Assembly: GCA_044226015.1 (NCBI GenBank)
Contig: JBGAHS010000005.1
Coordinates: 160,001 to 224,000 of the forward strand
DNA length: 64,000 bases
Origin: Candidatus Obscuribacteraceae bacterium
GTDB taxonomy: Bacteria; Cyanobacteriota; Vampirovibrionia; Obscuribacterales; Obscuribacteraceae
Reading direction: 5' to 3'
Notes under the pieces: model-generated
Seen by the model: the letters and a program-made list of their open reading frames with translations, nothing else
The model's database searches: none
What the model was told of the DNA's origin: nothing
Part shown: positions 9,474 to 19,482 of the stretch, one piece after another
Position numbering within the stretch: the first letter of the stretch is position 1
Layout of the letters: every line of letters begins with the position of its first letter
Program-made: the position numbers and the translations under genes

Positions 9474-10372
9474 TGTATTTGCGATGGCTCGTCGCAGTAT
9501 TAATAATCCAGTGTTGCTGGTCGGCGCCGTTTGTTGAAGCGTTGGAAGCAAATGCTGAATCACAGTACGGAAAGCTCTCAAAGAGTGCTGCGGCGCACTT
9601 GCAAAAGGAAGAGTTTGCTGCCGCCGCTGCTGATTACCGTCAAGCTATTTCGATAGCAATTAGCGGACATTTAGCTAATAGTGCTGTACTTAATACCAAA
9701 CTTCTTCTTGTACATTGCTTGTCGAACTTGAAATTATATGACGATGCGTTGCGAGAGTTGAAAGAGGTCGAGCTTGCGTTAGATAACCAGTGTGAACCAT
9801 ATCTGGAAGCAAACCCAGCCATGCGCTTGCGCTTACAACGCCGTAAAGTTGAAATGTATTTATTGATGGGGAATTCGAAATCTGCAGCGCTTGAGCAGCG
9901 AAAGCTATGTGATATTTACGCAAAACACATCGGTAAATTAGTTTTGAATTATTTTGGACATCTAACAACTCTTCAACGTCTAGAAAGAGAAGCTGGCAAC
10001 GATGATGATGCTTTGAAAACTGGACTGGAGAACGAAAAGCTAATGCAGCGATTTCATCTGGCAAGAAACTCAGCGCAGTGGTTCTTTCTTTATATCGAAC
10101 TCGGTAAGGTTTCATTCAACAAAAATCAGTTTGAGCAGGCGTCGAAGTTTTTCAAAAGTGGGCTTAGCTTTGTAACTAATGAAGACCCGCCATTCGTGGC
10201 ACATCTTTCCTCATCTCTTGCTGTTTGCGCCAGGTCGATGCATGACGATGCTACAGAGAAGTTCGCTCTGAGAAAGTTGAGAGAAGCTTTTCCTGAGAAG
10301 CAGAAACAAGACGCATGGCTCACTCGAGCAAACCTTGAATTGAAAACGCATTACACATTTGTCACTGACTAG
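9473..10372 (+). CDS. Exported TPR-like protein
   Basis: Signal peptide and helical repeats; GTG start overlaps the regulator stop. Confidence 0.7.
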   Translation: MYLRWLVAVLIIQCCWSAPFVEALEANAESQYGKLSKSAAAHLQKEEFAAAAADYRQAISIAISGHLANSAVLNTKLLLVHCLSNLKLYDDALRELKEVELALDNQCEPYLEANPAMRLRLQRRKVEMYLLMGNSKSAALEQRKLCDIYAKHIGKLVLNYFGHLTTLQRLEREAGNDDDALKTGLENEKLMQRFHLARNSAQWFFLYIELGKVSFNKNQFEQASKFFKSGLSFVTNEDPPFVAHLSSSLAVCARSMHDDATEKFALRKLREAFPEKQKQDAWLTRANLELKTHYTFVTD

Positions 10373-10387
10373 AATAGAACATAGATA

Positions 10388-10423
10388 GCTGATACCGGCA
10401 TAGGAAGTATGTCCGGTATCAGC
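10388..10423. terminator. Hairpin between convergent genes
   Basis: GCTGATACCGG...CCGGTATCAGC 11-bp arms. Confidence 0.6.
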
Positions 10424-10491
10424 ATTACAGTTGTGTCACACGGTTGAGGGCGTGCGGTGAATCGTCTTTCCAGGCGATGAGCACTTTCTGA

Positions 10492-11508
10492 CTAGAATCC
10501 CTCACGTTGTCTTTTTCGATTTGCCTTGTGAATGACTTTCCATTTCTGTTTCTCTTTATTTGCGAGCAGTCGGTCATTACTGCGCGCTTCAAACGCTGCC
10601 TCCTTTTCCAGTTTGAACCAGTTTTGAAGTCGAGAGCCGTCTACGGTTTCTTTAACTGCGCATCCTGGCTCGCTGATGTGTCGACAGTCTCGAAATTTGC
10701 AATATTCCGAAAGCTCGACAATTTCTGAAAATGCTTTTTGAACACCTTCCTCCACATCGGCTAAGGCAAATTGCCTCATGCCAGGTGTGTCGATTACAGA
10801 AGTACCATCAGCTAGTTGAAACAAACAACGTCTGGTTGTGGTGTGTCGTCCACGTTGATCGGACTCTCTTATCTCTGAGACTGCAAGAACGTTCTCACCG
10901 ATTAGAGAATTTATCAATGTCGATTTGCCAACACCGCTTGAGCCCACAAAGGAAAGTGTCTGTTCTTTTCCCCGATAAACATTCAGTTGTTCAATACTAT
11001 TTTGATTGAATGCTGATATACAGTGTACCGGAGTCTGCTTAACAGCATCGTTTAGCTGCTCTAAAAGTGAGTCTTGGTTTTCACAAAGATCCATCTTGCT
11101 GAGAATAACGGCTGTGGGAATATCGTAAGCTGCAGTTGCCACCAAATAGCGCTCAAGCCTTCGCAGGTTGAAGTCTCTATTGACTGACATAACGATGAAG
11201 AGTCTATCGATATTTGCGGCAATAGCCTGCATCTCGTGACTCTCTCCTACGGCACGCCTTGCCATCAAGTTCTTTCTTGGAAGCAAGCTGTGAATCAACG
11301 CAAAGTCTGTTGATCTTGTGATTCTTACGTAATCACCGACCACAGGAAAGTCTGAGTAGCTTTCAGAAGAGTGTCGAAATTTTCCACTAAGTTCTGCTCG
11401 CAGTTCCTCATGATTTGTTCGAATCATGAATGAATCACGATCTTGCGTGATAATTCTCGCGCAAGAGTACGGCGCTACAACGAGCGCCTCTAATTGTTTT
11501 GAAATCAT
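10492..11508 (-). CDS. rsgA: Ribosome small subunit-dependent GTPase A (RsgA/YjeQ family)
   Basis: Circularly permuted G motifs SKMD, GSSGVGKST, DTPG; Zn knuckle CKFRDCRHISEPGC; OB-fold PVVGD. Confidence 0.93.
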   Translation of the reverse strand: MISKQLEALVVAPYSCARIITQDRDSFMIRTNHEELRAELSGKFRHSSESYSDFPVVGDYVRITRSTDFALIHSLLPRKNLMARRAVGESHEMQAIAANIDRLFIVMSVNRDFNLRRLERYLVATAAYDIPTAVILSKMDLCENQDSLLEQLNDAVKQTPVHCISAFNQNSIEQLNVYRGKEQTLSFVGSSGVGKSTLINSLIGENVLAVSEIRESDQRGRHTTTRRCLFQLADGTSVIDTPGMRQFALADVEEGVQKAFSEIVELSEYCKFRDCRHISEPGCAVKETVDGSRLQNWFKLEKEAAFEARSNDRLLANKEKQKWKVIHKANRKRQREGF

Positions 11509-11533
11509 TGGAGTTTGTCCTTGAGTTGCTGTG

Positions 11534-11750
11534 AAAAAGTACCGACCAAACAGGTCGGGAGAGCCACCATCCTGGCGGCTTTTACTTCGCTCCACCGGAA
11601 AAATCTGTGTGGATGCGGTGCACAGCCTCTGTCGAAGCTTAGCTCACATATATTGTTTTGAAAGCTTTAGCCCTGAGCGACAATAAGGCGCGTACCAGCG
11701 AAGCATCCGCCAAATGAAACACTCTCATTCATAATTCGCGCCTCCTTTTT
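11534..11750 (-). promoter_or_regulatory. Putative attenuator in the rsgA 5' leader
   Basis: uORF plus alternative pairings and a terminator-like CCGACC-TGTTT-GGTCGG-TAC-TTTTT just before rsgA. Confidence 0.6.
11667..11732 (-). CDS. Putative leader peptide MNESVSFGGCFAGTRLIVAQG
   Basis: AAGGAGG SD 8 nt before the ATG; 21 codons then TAA. Confidence 0.6.
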   Translation of the reverse strand: MNESVSFGGCFAGTRLIVAQG

Positions 11751-11886
11751 TGCTCGAAGATATAAGTTTGAGTCTAACCTGAACAATTCGATTCAGTCAA
11801 GTTTGATCTTTTGAAATTTGAAACAAAAGAAACCTGAAATAGATGGAACTTCTAGAATAACTGAATGCGATCACTCATCGATTTAT

Positions 11887-14736
11887 CTAGCTTTGAGGAA
11901 TTGCGGGCTTAAAGTCTTCCGTCGGTAGCAGTTTCATGTCTGGGCCCTCTTCAATGAATCCGTGCTTTTCCGCTTCGTCGAAGTCTGCTTTGGAATCGAA
12001 AATTTGGCTTTTCATATAATGAGAGCTATTGCCTCTATTGGCGACTAGTTTCTTCAAAAACTCACTCCATTGAGGTTCCAATTCTCCAACAGGTTTTCCA
12101 TATACCGCTTCTAATAAGGAGTTCGCTTTACCTAGTCCATTCAAGCGAGCAACTTCTAGATAAGGCTTAAATTTGTTGTCTTCATTCAGGAAGAATGAAA
12201 CAAGTCCGACCTCAGCTTCGTGATTAGTCACGTCTTTTTCATGGAGAATAGCGTCCAATTTTACTTTTGGAAGTTCATCGGTAAGCACTCTGCTTCTTGT
12301 AGGACTAATGAATCCTAATTTTAGTACAAGTTTGTCATTATCGTAATATCCAAAAATCTGTTCGAAAAATACTGAGACTCCCTCTCGCGCCCATCTATCT
12401 AGGACGGTCATGTTGTCGAAGACAACCTTGTGCATTATCTCATGGGCAAATACTTCAATTCCGTCCTCGTCACCAAATACGATGGCATTAGGTCCTGAAA
12501 AGAATGCCGCCCTGGCCTCGTGTTCCTCGGGAAAATGATGAAAAACGAAGTCCAAGAAGTCCTTATGATTCTCAACTATATAAACTCTGGTGAGGGGCGC
12601 GTTTTTTAGCTTGATGAAGTCTCTGTCAATGAAGTCAAGGAATGATTCCGCGAACTTTGCGTAGTATAGAATTCTCGGCTCCGGGCGATTTGATAGGAAG
12701 AGGAATCGCTTTGTCGCAAACTGATGTTTAAACAATCCATCAAGCATTTGTGCTTTTGGATCTGACTTCGCTATGTAATCGCCGGCGGCTTTCACCATTA
12801 CGCTTGAGTCTGTGGCTTTGCTCGCAATCGCAAGCATCGATTCGCTTTCCTTTGAGACTTTGCTAATCGCTGACCGCAAGCTGCTATCCATGCTCGGGCT
12901 ATTTCCCGCATTTGCCAAAACGCTTTTGCATTTTTCAATGGCTTCTTTGTATTTTCCCATGTGCATCAATGCATCAGCTTGCAATCCCTGCGAAATGCAA
13001 TGAAGTTCGCTCCATTTTCCTGTTGTCTCTGTGGCGCATAGTTTTGCAACGGCATCACAATCGGTGATTGCTGCGCTATAGTTGGCAGAATGTTTTGCCA
13101 CCAACGCTCGCAAATAAAGGGCTTCCTGATTGTTAGCAGAAATTCGAAGAATTGCGTCCAAATATTGTTTGGCCACATCATTGTTAGACATCTGAAAGTT
13201 AGCTACTGCAGCTCCCATGAGAGCCTTGATGTCAGTTTTGTCTGCTTTAATGAGTCTGGCAAAATCAGTATAAGCATGATTGTAATCATGCTTGAGCATA
13301 TAGGCTTGTGCTCTTAGATAGATGAAACGATCGTCGGATGGATTTGATTTTATCGCCAGGTTTATTTGTTCAAGAGCTTGTTTATCATCCTTTTTATTCA
13401 TACTGACGGCGGCTAGTCCGTAATGAGCTGTCGAGTAATCTGTGTCAAGTTCTAAAGCCTTTTTGAAATCGTTTGAGGCTTCATCGAGTTTTGACATATG
13501 CAATAAAATAAATCCGCGAAAAACATAGTCTCTGGCAGTCGCTTTGTTATTCACCAGTTGGTCGCAGTCGGCTAGTGCTTCTGTGAATTTCTTGTTTTTA
13601 TAATGCATACCTGCGCTGACGCGCATGGCAAATTTATTCGTGGGATCAAGCTTGCGAACACTGCTTATGTCGGAAAGAGCAAGCGCCTCGTTTCCTTGAA
13701 TGATATAGATGGCCGCTCGGGTTAAGTAGAAATCGGGCTCTTTTCTATATGAAAGGGCGGTACTTATATCTGAAAGGGCGCCTTTAAAGTCTTTGTCGAA
13801 TGATGCTTTCAATAAGGCTCTGTCCGCATAAGCTGCCGGAAACCTGGGGGAGTCTTGCAGTACTTTCTCAAAATACCAACCTGCTGTCGACCACCTCGTT
13901 TGAGCCAGGGCGAAGTGTCCACGAACGAAATTGTCGATAAGTGTTCTTTCTTTGGGGAATTGCAGTATCAGTTTTTCAGCTTCAGTAAGTTTGTCTTCTT
14001 TGAAAAGCTTGTATGCCGTAACCGCTTCTGCCAGCCCTTTGTACTTGGAGTCTTTGGCAGCAGCGGTTTGGAAGTCGCTGATTGCGAGGGTGAGCTGGTT
14101 GGAGAAAAAGTAGAGCGTGCCGCGTTCTACGTAGGTCTCTCCTTTTCCGTCAAGATTAATAGCCGCGCCCATGTCCGCGATAGCTGACTTTTCCTCACCT
14201 GCAAGAAATTTGACCTTAGCCCTTCGTTCATAGTAGTGCGCAAAACGGGGCGTCAATTCTATGGCGTGAGTTAGGTCTGCGATCGCGAGGTCATATTTTT
14301 TTTGTACCTCATATAAGCTTGCGCGATATCCAAACACGGTGTCATCAGTTTTTGAATATTCAAGAGAATGTGTCAGTAGCGCTATTGCTGCTGCTGCGTC
14401 TTTGTCGCGCTCCCACTTTATTCTGCCTAAATCTGCAATTGGTGGTGCAAACTGAGGAAAGTAGAGAATTGCTTTGCGATAATGCAACTCTGCTGCATCG
14501 TATTGTTTTCTCTTGAAATTGATTTCTCCAATAACATAGTACGCTGGTGCCAGTTTCGGATTTATTTGGAGAGCTTGATTAGCTAATGCAGCTGCCTCTT
14601 CGAACTGACCCTTATTTACCAGACCGAAGGCTCTCAATGCCAATTCAGATCCGGGCTCTTGAGCATTTGCTGCATTAAAATTGCCAGCGCAGTTAGCGAG
14701 CAACAGCAACGCTCCTAGAAATCTTTGCTTTATCAT
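11887..14736 (-). CDS. Exported multi-TPR protein with C-terminal HExxH (gluzincin-like) domain
   Basis: Signal peptide, many TPRs, FAHEIMH...WAREG; ATGA overlap with the upstream gene. Confidence 0.85.
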   Translation of the reverse strand: MIKQRFLGALLLLANCAGNFNAANAQEPGSELALRAFGLVNKGQFEEAAALANQALQINPKLAPAYYVIGEINFKRKQYDAAELHYRKAILYFPQFAPPIADLGRIKWERDKDAAAAIALLTHSLEYSKTDDTVFGYRASLYEVQKKYDLAIADLTHAIELTPRFAHYYERRAKVKFLAGEEKSAIADMGAAINLDGKGETYVERGTLYFFSNQLTLAISDFQTAAAKDSKYKGLAEAVTAYKLFKEDKLTEAEKLILQFPKERTLIDNFVRGHFALAQTRWSTAGWYFEKVLQDSPRFPAAYADRALLKASFDKDFKGALSDISTALSYRKEPDFYLTRAAIYIIQGNEALALSDISSVRKLDPTNKFAMRVSAGMHYKNKKFTEALADCDQLVNNKATARDYVFRGFILLHMSKLDEASNDFKKALELDTDYSTAHYGLAAVSMNKKDDKQALEQINLAIKSNPSDDRFIYLRAQAYMLKHDYNHAYTDFARLIKADKTDIKALMGAAVANFQMSNNDVAKQYLDAILRISANNQEALYLRALVAKHSANYSAAITDCDAVAKLCATETTGKWSELHCISQGLQADALMHMGKYKEAIEKCKSVLANAGNSPSMDSSLRSAISKVSKESESMLAIASKATDSSVMVKAAGDYIAKSDPKAQMLDGLFKHQFATKRFLFLSNRPEPRILYYAKFAESFLDFIDRDFIKLKNAPLTRVYIVENHKDFLDFVFHHFPEEHEARAAFFSGPNAIVFGDEDGIEVFAHEIMHKVVFDNMTVLDRWAREGVSVFFEQIFGYYDNDKLVLKLGFISPTRSRVLTDELPKVKLDAILHEKDVTNHEAEVGLVSFFLNEDNKFKPYLEVARLNGLGKANSLLEAVYGKPVGELEPQWSEFLKKLVANRGNSSHYMKSQIFDSKADFDEAEKHGFIEEGPDMKLLPTEDFKPAIPQS

Positions 14737-15569
14737 TGTGTTCCCGCTGAAGAAGTGAGTTTTGTATTCCAGGGAATCTTCAGCCATGGACTGTTTGGAT
14801 CAGTAAGAAGCTTCTTGTACGCCGCATTAATTGCTGCTTCCTGATCTGATTTGGGTTGCCAAAATTTGCGCCCAATCATGTAATTTTCGCCGAGTTCCTT
14901 CCATGATGGAAATGAATTCTGTAAAGATTGTGCTATTGGCATAATCTTTCCCCAAGCTTCATCCTGGCTGATGTAACTGCAGAGAGTGCCCCAGCGACAG
15001 AGTGAAATATATCGGCAGTAGTCGAAGGCAATGATTGAACGCATCCCCAGTCTGGGACCGTACTCTTTAGCGATTTTCAACTTTTCGCTTACGTCTTCGC
15101 CATACTCTTGTGCTAATCGCTGTGTTATCTCTGGCGACATCCCCGGTGTTTGAGCGATTTTTACAAATTCATCAAAGCTCTTTCGATGTCCATCAAGCAA
15201 AAGGGAATTGAGACGATTCAGCAAATCATTTCGAGAGTTTATATCCCACCCTTCGGCCAATGCTCGTTTCTCATGCCTGATGTTCTCTTCAGTTGCTGCT
15301 GCGGTCCAGAGAATATCGTGGGATTCCTGGTTCTTTTCGGTAAGAACTGCTGAACATGCCAGAGCCCATAGCTGAGATTGAGTCAAGGTTTTCGCTGAGC
15401 TAGCTTGTTTTTCCGCTTCGCGAGTTTTTGCTTGTTTGTCCGATGCTGCGCCAAGGTTGCTACGCACTTTTGAGCTAGCTGCGCCAGACTTCGTTTGCGC
15501 CAAAGTGCTTGTTGACGAAAGCGCAAAGGTCAGCATAAGCAAAATCATCGGGCGTATGTTCTTGAACAC
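14733..15569 (-). CDS. Exported DUF1266-like protein
   Basis: GWDINSR, AFDYCR, SWKELGENYMIGRKFW motifs; signal peptide. Confidence 0.75.
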   Translation of the reverse strand: MFKNIRPMILLMLTFALSSTSTLAQTKSGAASSKVRSNLGAASDKQAKTREAEKQASSAKTLTQSQLWALACSAVLTEKNQESHDILWTAAATEENIRHEKRALAEGWDINSRNDLLNRLNSLLLDGHRKSFDEFVKIAQTPGMSPEITQRLAQEYGEDVSEKLKIAKEYGPRLGMRSIIAFDYCRYISLCRWGTLCSYISQDEAWGKIMPIAQSLQNSFPSWKELGENYMIGRKFWQPKSDQEAAINAAYKKLLTDPNSPWLKIPWNTKLTSSAGTQ

Positions 15570-15719
15570 TTCGCACCTCGGCTGGATAGATTCAATTGTA
15601 CATTATGGGCTGATGCAAATACAAAATGACTGTTGTAGTCTTTCTCCTGAATCTCGAAATTTGGGATTTGTCTGGTTTATTGAATCCATTTAGGGAAGAG
15701 ACGAGCTGGGGCTCAGATC

Positions 15720-16337
15720 CTAGGCTTTGAATTCAGACCAGGATGAGAGGTTCCGTTGAGTTTTTGAAGAAAGCTCTCTTATTGCAGTGGGCGCGTTGTA
15801 CATGTCTTTGCCCAGCATGTAGCAGAAAGAACCTCCACCGACGGCGGCTGCGAGTGCCATTACGGGGTTACCCCTCAAAGCTGCAACCAGCCCCCACACA
15901 ACAGCATTACCACCGATTAGTCCTAAAAAAACTCCGTCCCTTAGCTCTCTTTGTACAATTGTGTTTCTCATGTTCCCGTCATAGAGTTTACTGTCCATCT
16001 CAATCTCATAGTAGTTTAAAACGTTGCTGTTGTATTTCGTTCCAGAACTCACAAGTGGAAGTAAATTGTCGCTGCGGTGCATGTTTTTGAGTTCATCGTA
16101 ATGCGCAGCCGCAATTCGTGCCGCTGCTTTTGTTTTGTCATCGCTACCGGTTGAAGCATAGAGTTCTAGATCAGCTTTGGATATGAAGGTGGGGTCAGTC
16201 TGTGCAATCTTCGGGAAGTTCTTTTGTAGTGTATCCAAAAACTCTTTTGGATTTGCAAAAGCACCTGTATTTAGTGACGCAGCCTCTCCAACATAGCTCT
16301 CTGTCTTCTTAACAGAAACGTTATCTAATATCATCAT
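15720..16337 (-). CDS. Hypothetical protein with C-terminal hydrophobic helix pair
   Basis: AAGGAG RBS before ATG 16337; Gly/Ala-rich TM hairpin. Confidence 0.65.
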   Translation of the reverse strand: MMILDNVSVKKTESYVGEAASLNTGAFANPKEFLDTLQKNFPKIAQTDPTFISKADLELYASTGSDDKTKAAARIAAAHYDELKNMHRSDNLLPLVSSGTKYNSNVLNYYEIEMDSKLYDGNMRNTIVQRELRDGVFLGLIGGNAVVWGLVAALRGNPVMALAAAVGGGSFCYMLGKDMYNAPTAIRELSSKTQRNLSSWSEFKA

Positions 16338-16589
16338 CTTTCTCCTTGATGGTTTTCTTTCGCAATGAAGTGGTATCAAGTTCTATTCGATGAATCAATT
16401 TTCTGGACATTGTTCAAATGAATTGCTTGTTAAAAGCCGCAGAGCAAGTGCTTCTTGGGCGTGTCTGAGCATGGTCGTGGCAACATAACTCTAGAGATCT
16501 GAAAGTGAAATTTGCGTGAATCGAGCGCTGTACATTCGTGCAAAAACGTCAACCTATCTGGCTTTCTGTCAATGAAATGAGCTTTAGCA

Positions 16590-17687
16590 TCAAACCAGTT
16601 CTCGTAGAGTTTTCTTGTCGCGTAGTTTCCAGATGATTGCATCTGTGGCAAAGTGGTGGAGATTTATTACAACAAAAACGCTGGCAAAAGATGATTGCCA
16701 ATTGAAGCCGAGAAAATGTATTAACACGGGGAGCAAGACGTAAATTGCTACCGAAATTAGAAGCAAATTCTTGTAGTAGTTCAGCCCCTCTTCAATTGCT
16801 ACTTGCTTCCAAGCAAGCTTTGGCTGAGCGGCTTTGGCAAGGTTACTTGCCTCTTTGATATACTGCGATGCCGTAATCGTCAGATACTGAGTTGCGTGGA
16901 AAAAGGCTGGCAGGTAAAACCATAGTTCTCCGAATTGTTGTTGGTCTGCGGAGAGCCCAACAACAATGGTTAGTAGCGTGAGAATGGCAGGTAGCGGAAA
17001 CTGATTGCTCTGACGAGCCCCGTTAGAAGCGAGCTTTAAGACAAAAATGATGATGACGGTTAGCAGCATTATTTGACTAAATTGGTGAATTTGAAGTGGT
17101 AGAAAATTCCATGGAGGTAAGTCGATTCCAAGAAATTCTTTCATGGAACCGGCTTCCTGCCCCAGTTGATATGTAATGGGCACCGATGCTGTGATGTACA
17201 ACAAAACCGCCAAAATCGACTTATCGATTTTGCTCATTACATAATTGGATTTTATGCAATACAAGAGAATCAAACCGTAAGCTTGTCCGGTGAAGTGCTG
17301 GTAAAGCCAAAGGAAGTATATTTTCAGTAGTACCCCAAGGAAGGTTGTGTATTTAAGTGCGACAATGCAAAGGGCTGCAGCGATAATTGGTTGCCAGAGA
17401 GTGCTTATGGCAAATCGTTCTCGCGTGTCTTTATTTCGATAGATTTTGAAGAGGGTGGCACTTACGTGCGCCTCAGAGAACAAGTGTGAGCAAGTCAAAA
17501 TTGTTAAACTTGTCATCTGCACAAGGGAAGGCGCGAGGAAGTAGGATATGGAATTCTGCAAAATGAATAGTAGCCAGGCTGCACCCCCGCAACAGAACAA
17601 TATGTCTGCAGCTGGATTGAGAATCCAGGGTGATGATTTCCTGGCGGCGAGGTCGCTCGGTTCGCTAATTGCTGTTGCTTTCGTCAC
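16590..17687 (-). CDS. Polytopic membrane protein with His motifs (putative membrane metallo-enzyme)
   Basis: ~8-9 TMs; HLFSEAH, QHFTGQ, FHATQY, HHFATD; start codon uncertain. Confidence 0.7.
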   Translation of the reverse strand: MTKATAISEPSDLAARKSSPWILNPAADILFCCGGAAWLLFILQNSISYFLAPSLVQMTSLTILTCSHLFSEAHVSATLFKIYRNKDTRERFAISTLWQPIIAAALCIVALKYTTFLGVLLKIYFLWLYQHFTGQAYGLILLYCIKSNYVMSKIDKSILAVLLYITASVPITYQLGQEAGSMKEFLGIDLPPWNFLPLQIHQFSQIMLLTVIIIFVLKLASNGARQSNQFPLPAILTLLTIVVGLSADQQQFGELWFYLPAFFHATQYLTITASQYIKEASNLAKAAQPKLAWKQVAIEEGLNYYKNLLLISVAIYVLLPVLIHFLGFNWQSSFASVFVVINLHHFATDAIIWKLRDKKTLRELV

Positions 17688-17712
17688 ATGCAAGTTGATA
17701 TTGATTGCCAAT

Positions 17713-18402
17713 TTATTGATTGCTAAGAACGAGAACACGTCCACCGACTCCCGGAATTTGCATTCCGTCCGAATTCGCTCCAATCACCGCATAACTTGCT
17801 CCATTTTCAACAGCGCAATATTCAACTTGACCGGGTTTGAGTGGTGACTTGCTAATACGTCGTTCTCTAAGGTCGGCTATTGCCTTGCTAGATAATATCA
17901 CTGGCCCGTCTACTAGACTTTTCTCCGCAGTATTTATTGGGTTGACTGGCATAGTTCCTTGCTTTCCTCCGATTTCTAGAGAGCCGCCTGGAAGATATGG
18001 CGAAAGTTGTTTCGCTGAAATGGGATAGATGCCACCGTTATCGGTGGCGAAAGACTCGGCGGCAATTTGCACTGTGCGCATGTTACCTTTAACAAGGCTA
18101 TTCATAGAGATTCCTCTCCCGCAAGGGAGTGTTAGAGGTGCTAGAATTCCGAGGCAAACAAGAATGCTGATTATTGTTGTGAGTGCCTTTGCCCGTGGTT
18201 TCGTTTCTGATCTTTTATTGTTCGTGTCGGAAGTAGTCTCTAACGCTTTTGGAATGATAGTAGAGGGGCTAGTAAGTTTGGTTTCGCGATCGGGCGCGTT
18301 CACCATATCGGGTACTACTTCTTGCGTATCGCCGGACGAGTCTGCAATTGCAGTGTCTTCGCAGATTGTTTTGTCATTTTGTTTTTCGAGTGTAAGAATC
18401 AT
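17713..18402 (-). CDS. Pilin/pseudopilin-like membrane-anchored protein
   Basis: TM followed by NMRTVQIAAESFATDNGGIYP and MPVNP, typical of T2SS-G/pilin heads; AGGAG RBS; no class III leader. Confidence 0.6.
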   Translation of the reverse strand: MILTLEKQNDKTICEDTAIADSSGDTQEVVPDMVNAPDRETKLTSPSTIIPKALETTSDTNNKRSETKPRAKALTTIISILVCLGILAPLTLPCGRGISMNSLVKGNMRTVQIAAESFATDNGGIYPISAKQLSPYLPGGSLEIGGKQGTMPVNPINTAEKSLVDGPVILSSKAIADLRERRISKSPLKPGQVEYCAVENGASYAVIGANSDGMQIPGVGGRVLVLSNQ

Positions 18403-18805
18403 GCAGAATCTCCTTGAGGCTATGGCTGTTAGATAGCGAAAAATAACATTGCGACCTATCACTGTATTGAGACTTTGAAAGAGGGCAACTGAAGTTTCCG
18501 CCTGCGCTAAGGCAGAATGCCTGTTTCAATGCAGGCATTAATCTGACTAACGCAGGCAGCTGGCTTCAGAAGTGAGTAAGCAGTGTTTGTGGATGACAGT
18601 TATTCATCCATTCTAATAGCTAGCTTGAATCAGTGCTAGCGGCTAGTTGTCTTCGTTGACAGCTGGCAGCGCTTAAAAATTATTTCCCCGTGCGTGTATC
18701 TGTAGCCAGAGACTAGCTGTTGCCTTCTGAGACGAGCAGAAGCGTCGCTGACCAAGTATAATCGAATATTAAGTGCATTAGTTCTTCCAGTCCTGGGCTA
18801 AGGAA

Positions 18806-19321
18806 GTGGAAAGGTTGAAATCAATTTTTCTTGTGATAGCTCTGCTCTTGTTTCCTTGTTGCGCTGGTCAAGCTGGCGAAAGAAGGTACAGCATTGAGCG
18901 ATTGATTCCTCCTGACACATTTGGGCCTGGGGTATTGGAGCCAGAGCGAAAAAAAGTGAGGGCAAAGCCCATTGATGAGTTCAGTCGTATCGAGGCTCTT
19001 ATTCAAAATGGAAACTTGCTATGTAAAGAATGCAATTATGCTCAAGCAAAAGTATATTTTGAAAAAGCGTTGGTGCTCTTTGACGTGGCTGAGCGGCGTG
19101 AACCTCAGGAATTTTCTTATCACATGATTGATAAAGCTGAGTGTCTTGACTCCTACGCTGACTTGCTGACAAAGCTTAATCACAGCGCTGAGTCTGCGAA
19201 GGCTCGACTGCGGGCTGTGCAGCTTCGGAAACTTGCTGCAACAGTTAATTCAAAGGCACGATGCTACTCCAATGGGTATACTCGCTCGCATGAGCTGCCT
19301 ACAAAGAGGATACGCGAATAG
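18806..19321 (+). CDS. Small exported TPR-like protein
   Basis: Signal peptide; YAQAKVYFEKAL and LDSYADLL TPR helices. Confidence 0.65.
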   Translation: MERLKSIFLVIALLLFPCCAGQAGERRYSIERLIPPDTFGPGVLEPERKKVRAKPIDEFSRIEALIQNGNLLCKECNYAQAKVYFEKALVLFDVAERREPQEFSYHMIDKAECLDSYADLLTKLNHSAESAKARLRAVQLRKLAATVNSKARCYSNGYTRSHELPTKRIRE

Positions 19322-19482
19322 TATTTGGTCAATGCGGCGTAGACAGTCTTTAAGAGAAGCGATAGAGTAGAGTTAGGGCTGTCTGAATTGAATTGAAGTA
19401 ATTCAAGGAATTCAAGGAATTATTGGAACCCGCTGTAGCGCTAGAGAAATTCGTCGAAAGAAACAGTAGGGCCATAAATTAG

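Noticed and set aside
19400..19422. AATTCAAGG duplication
   Set aside because: Two short copies with no context; trivial.
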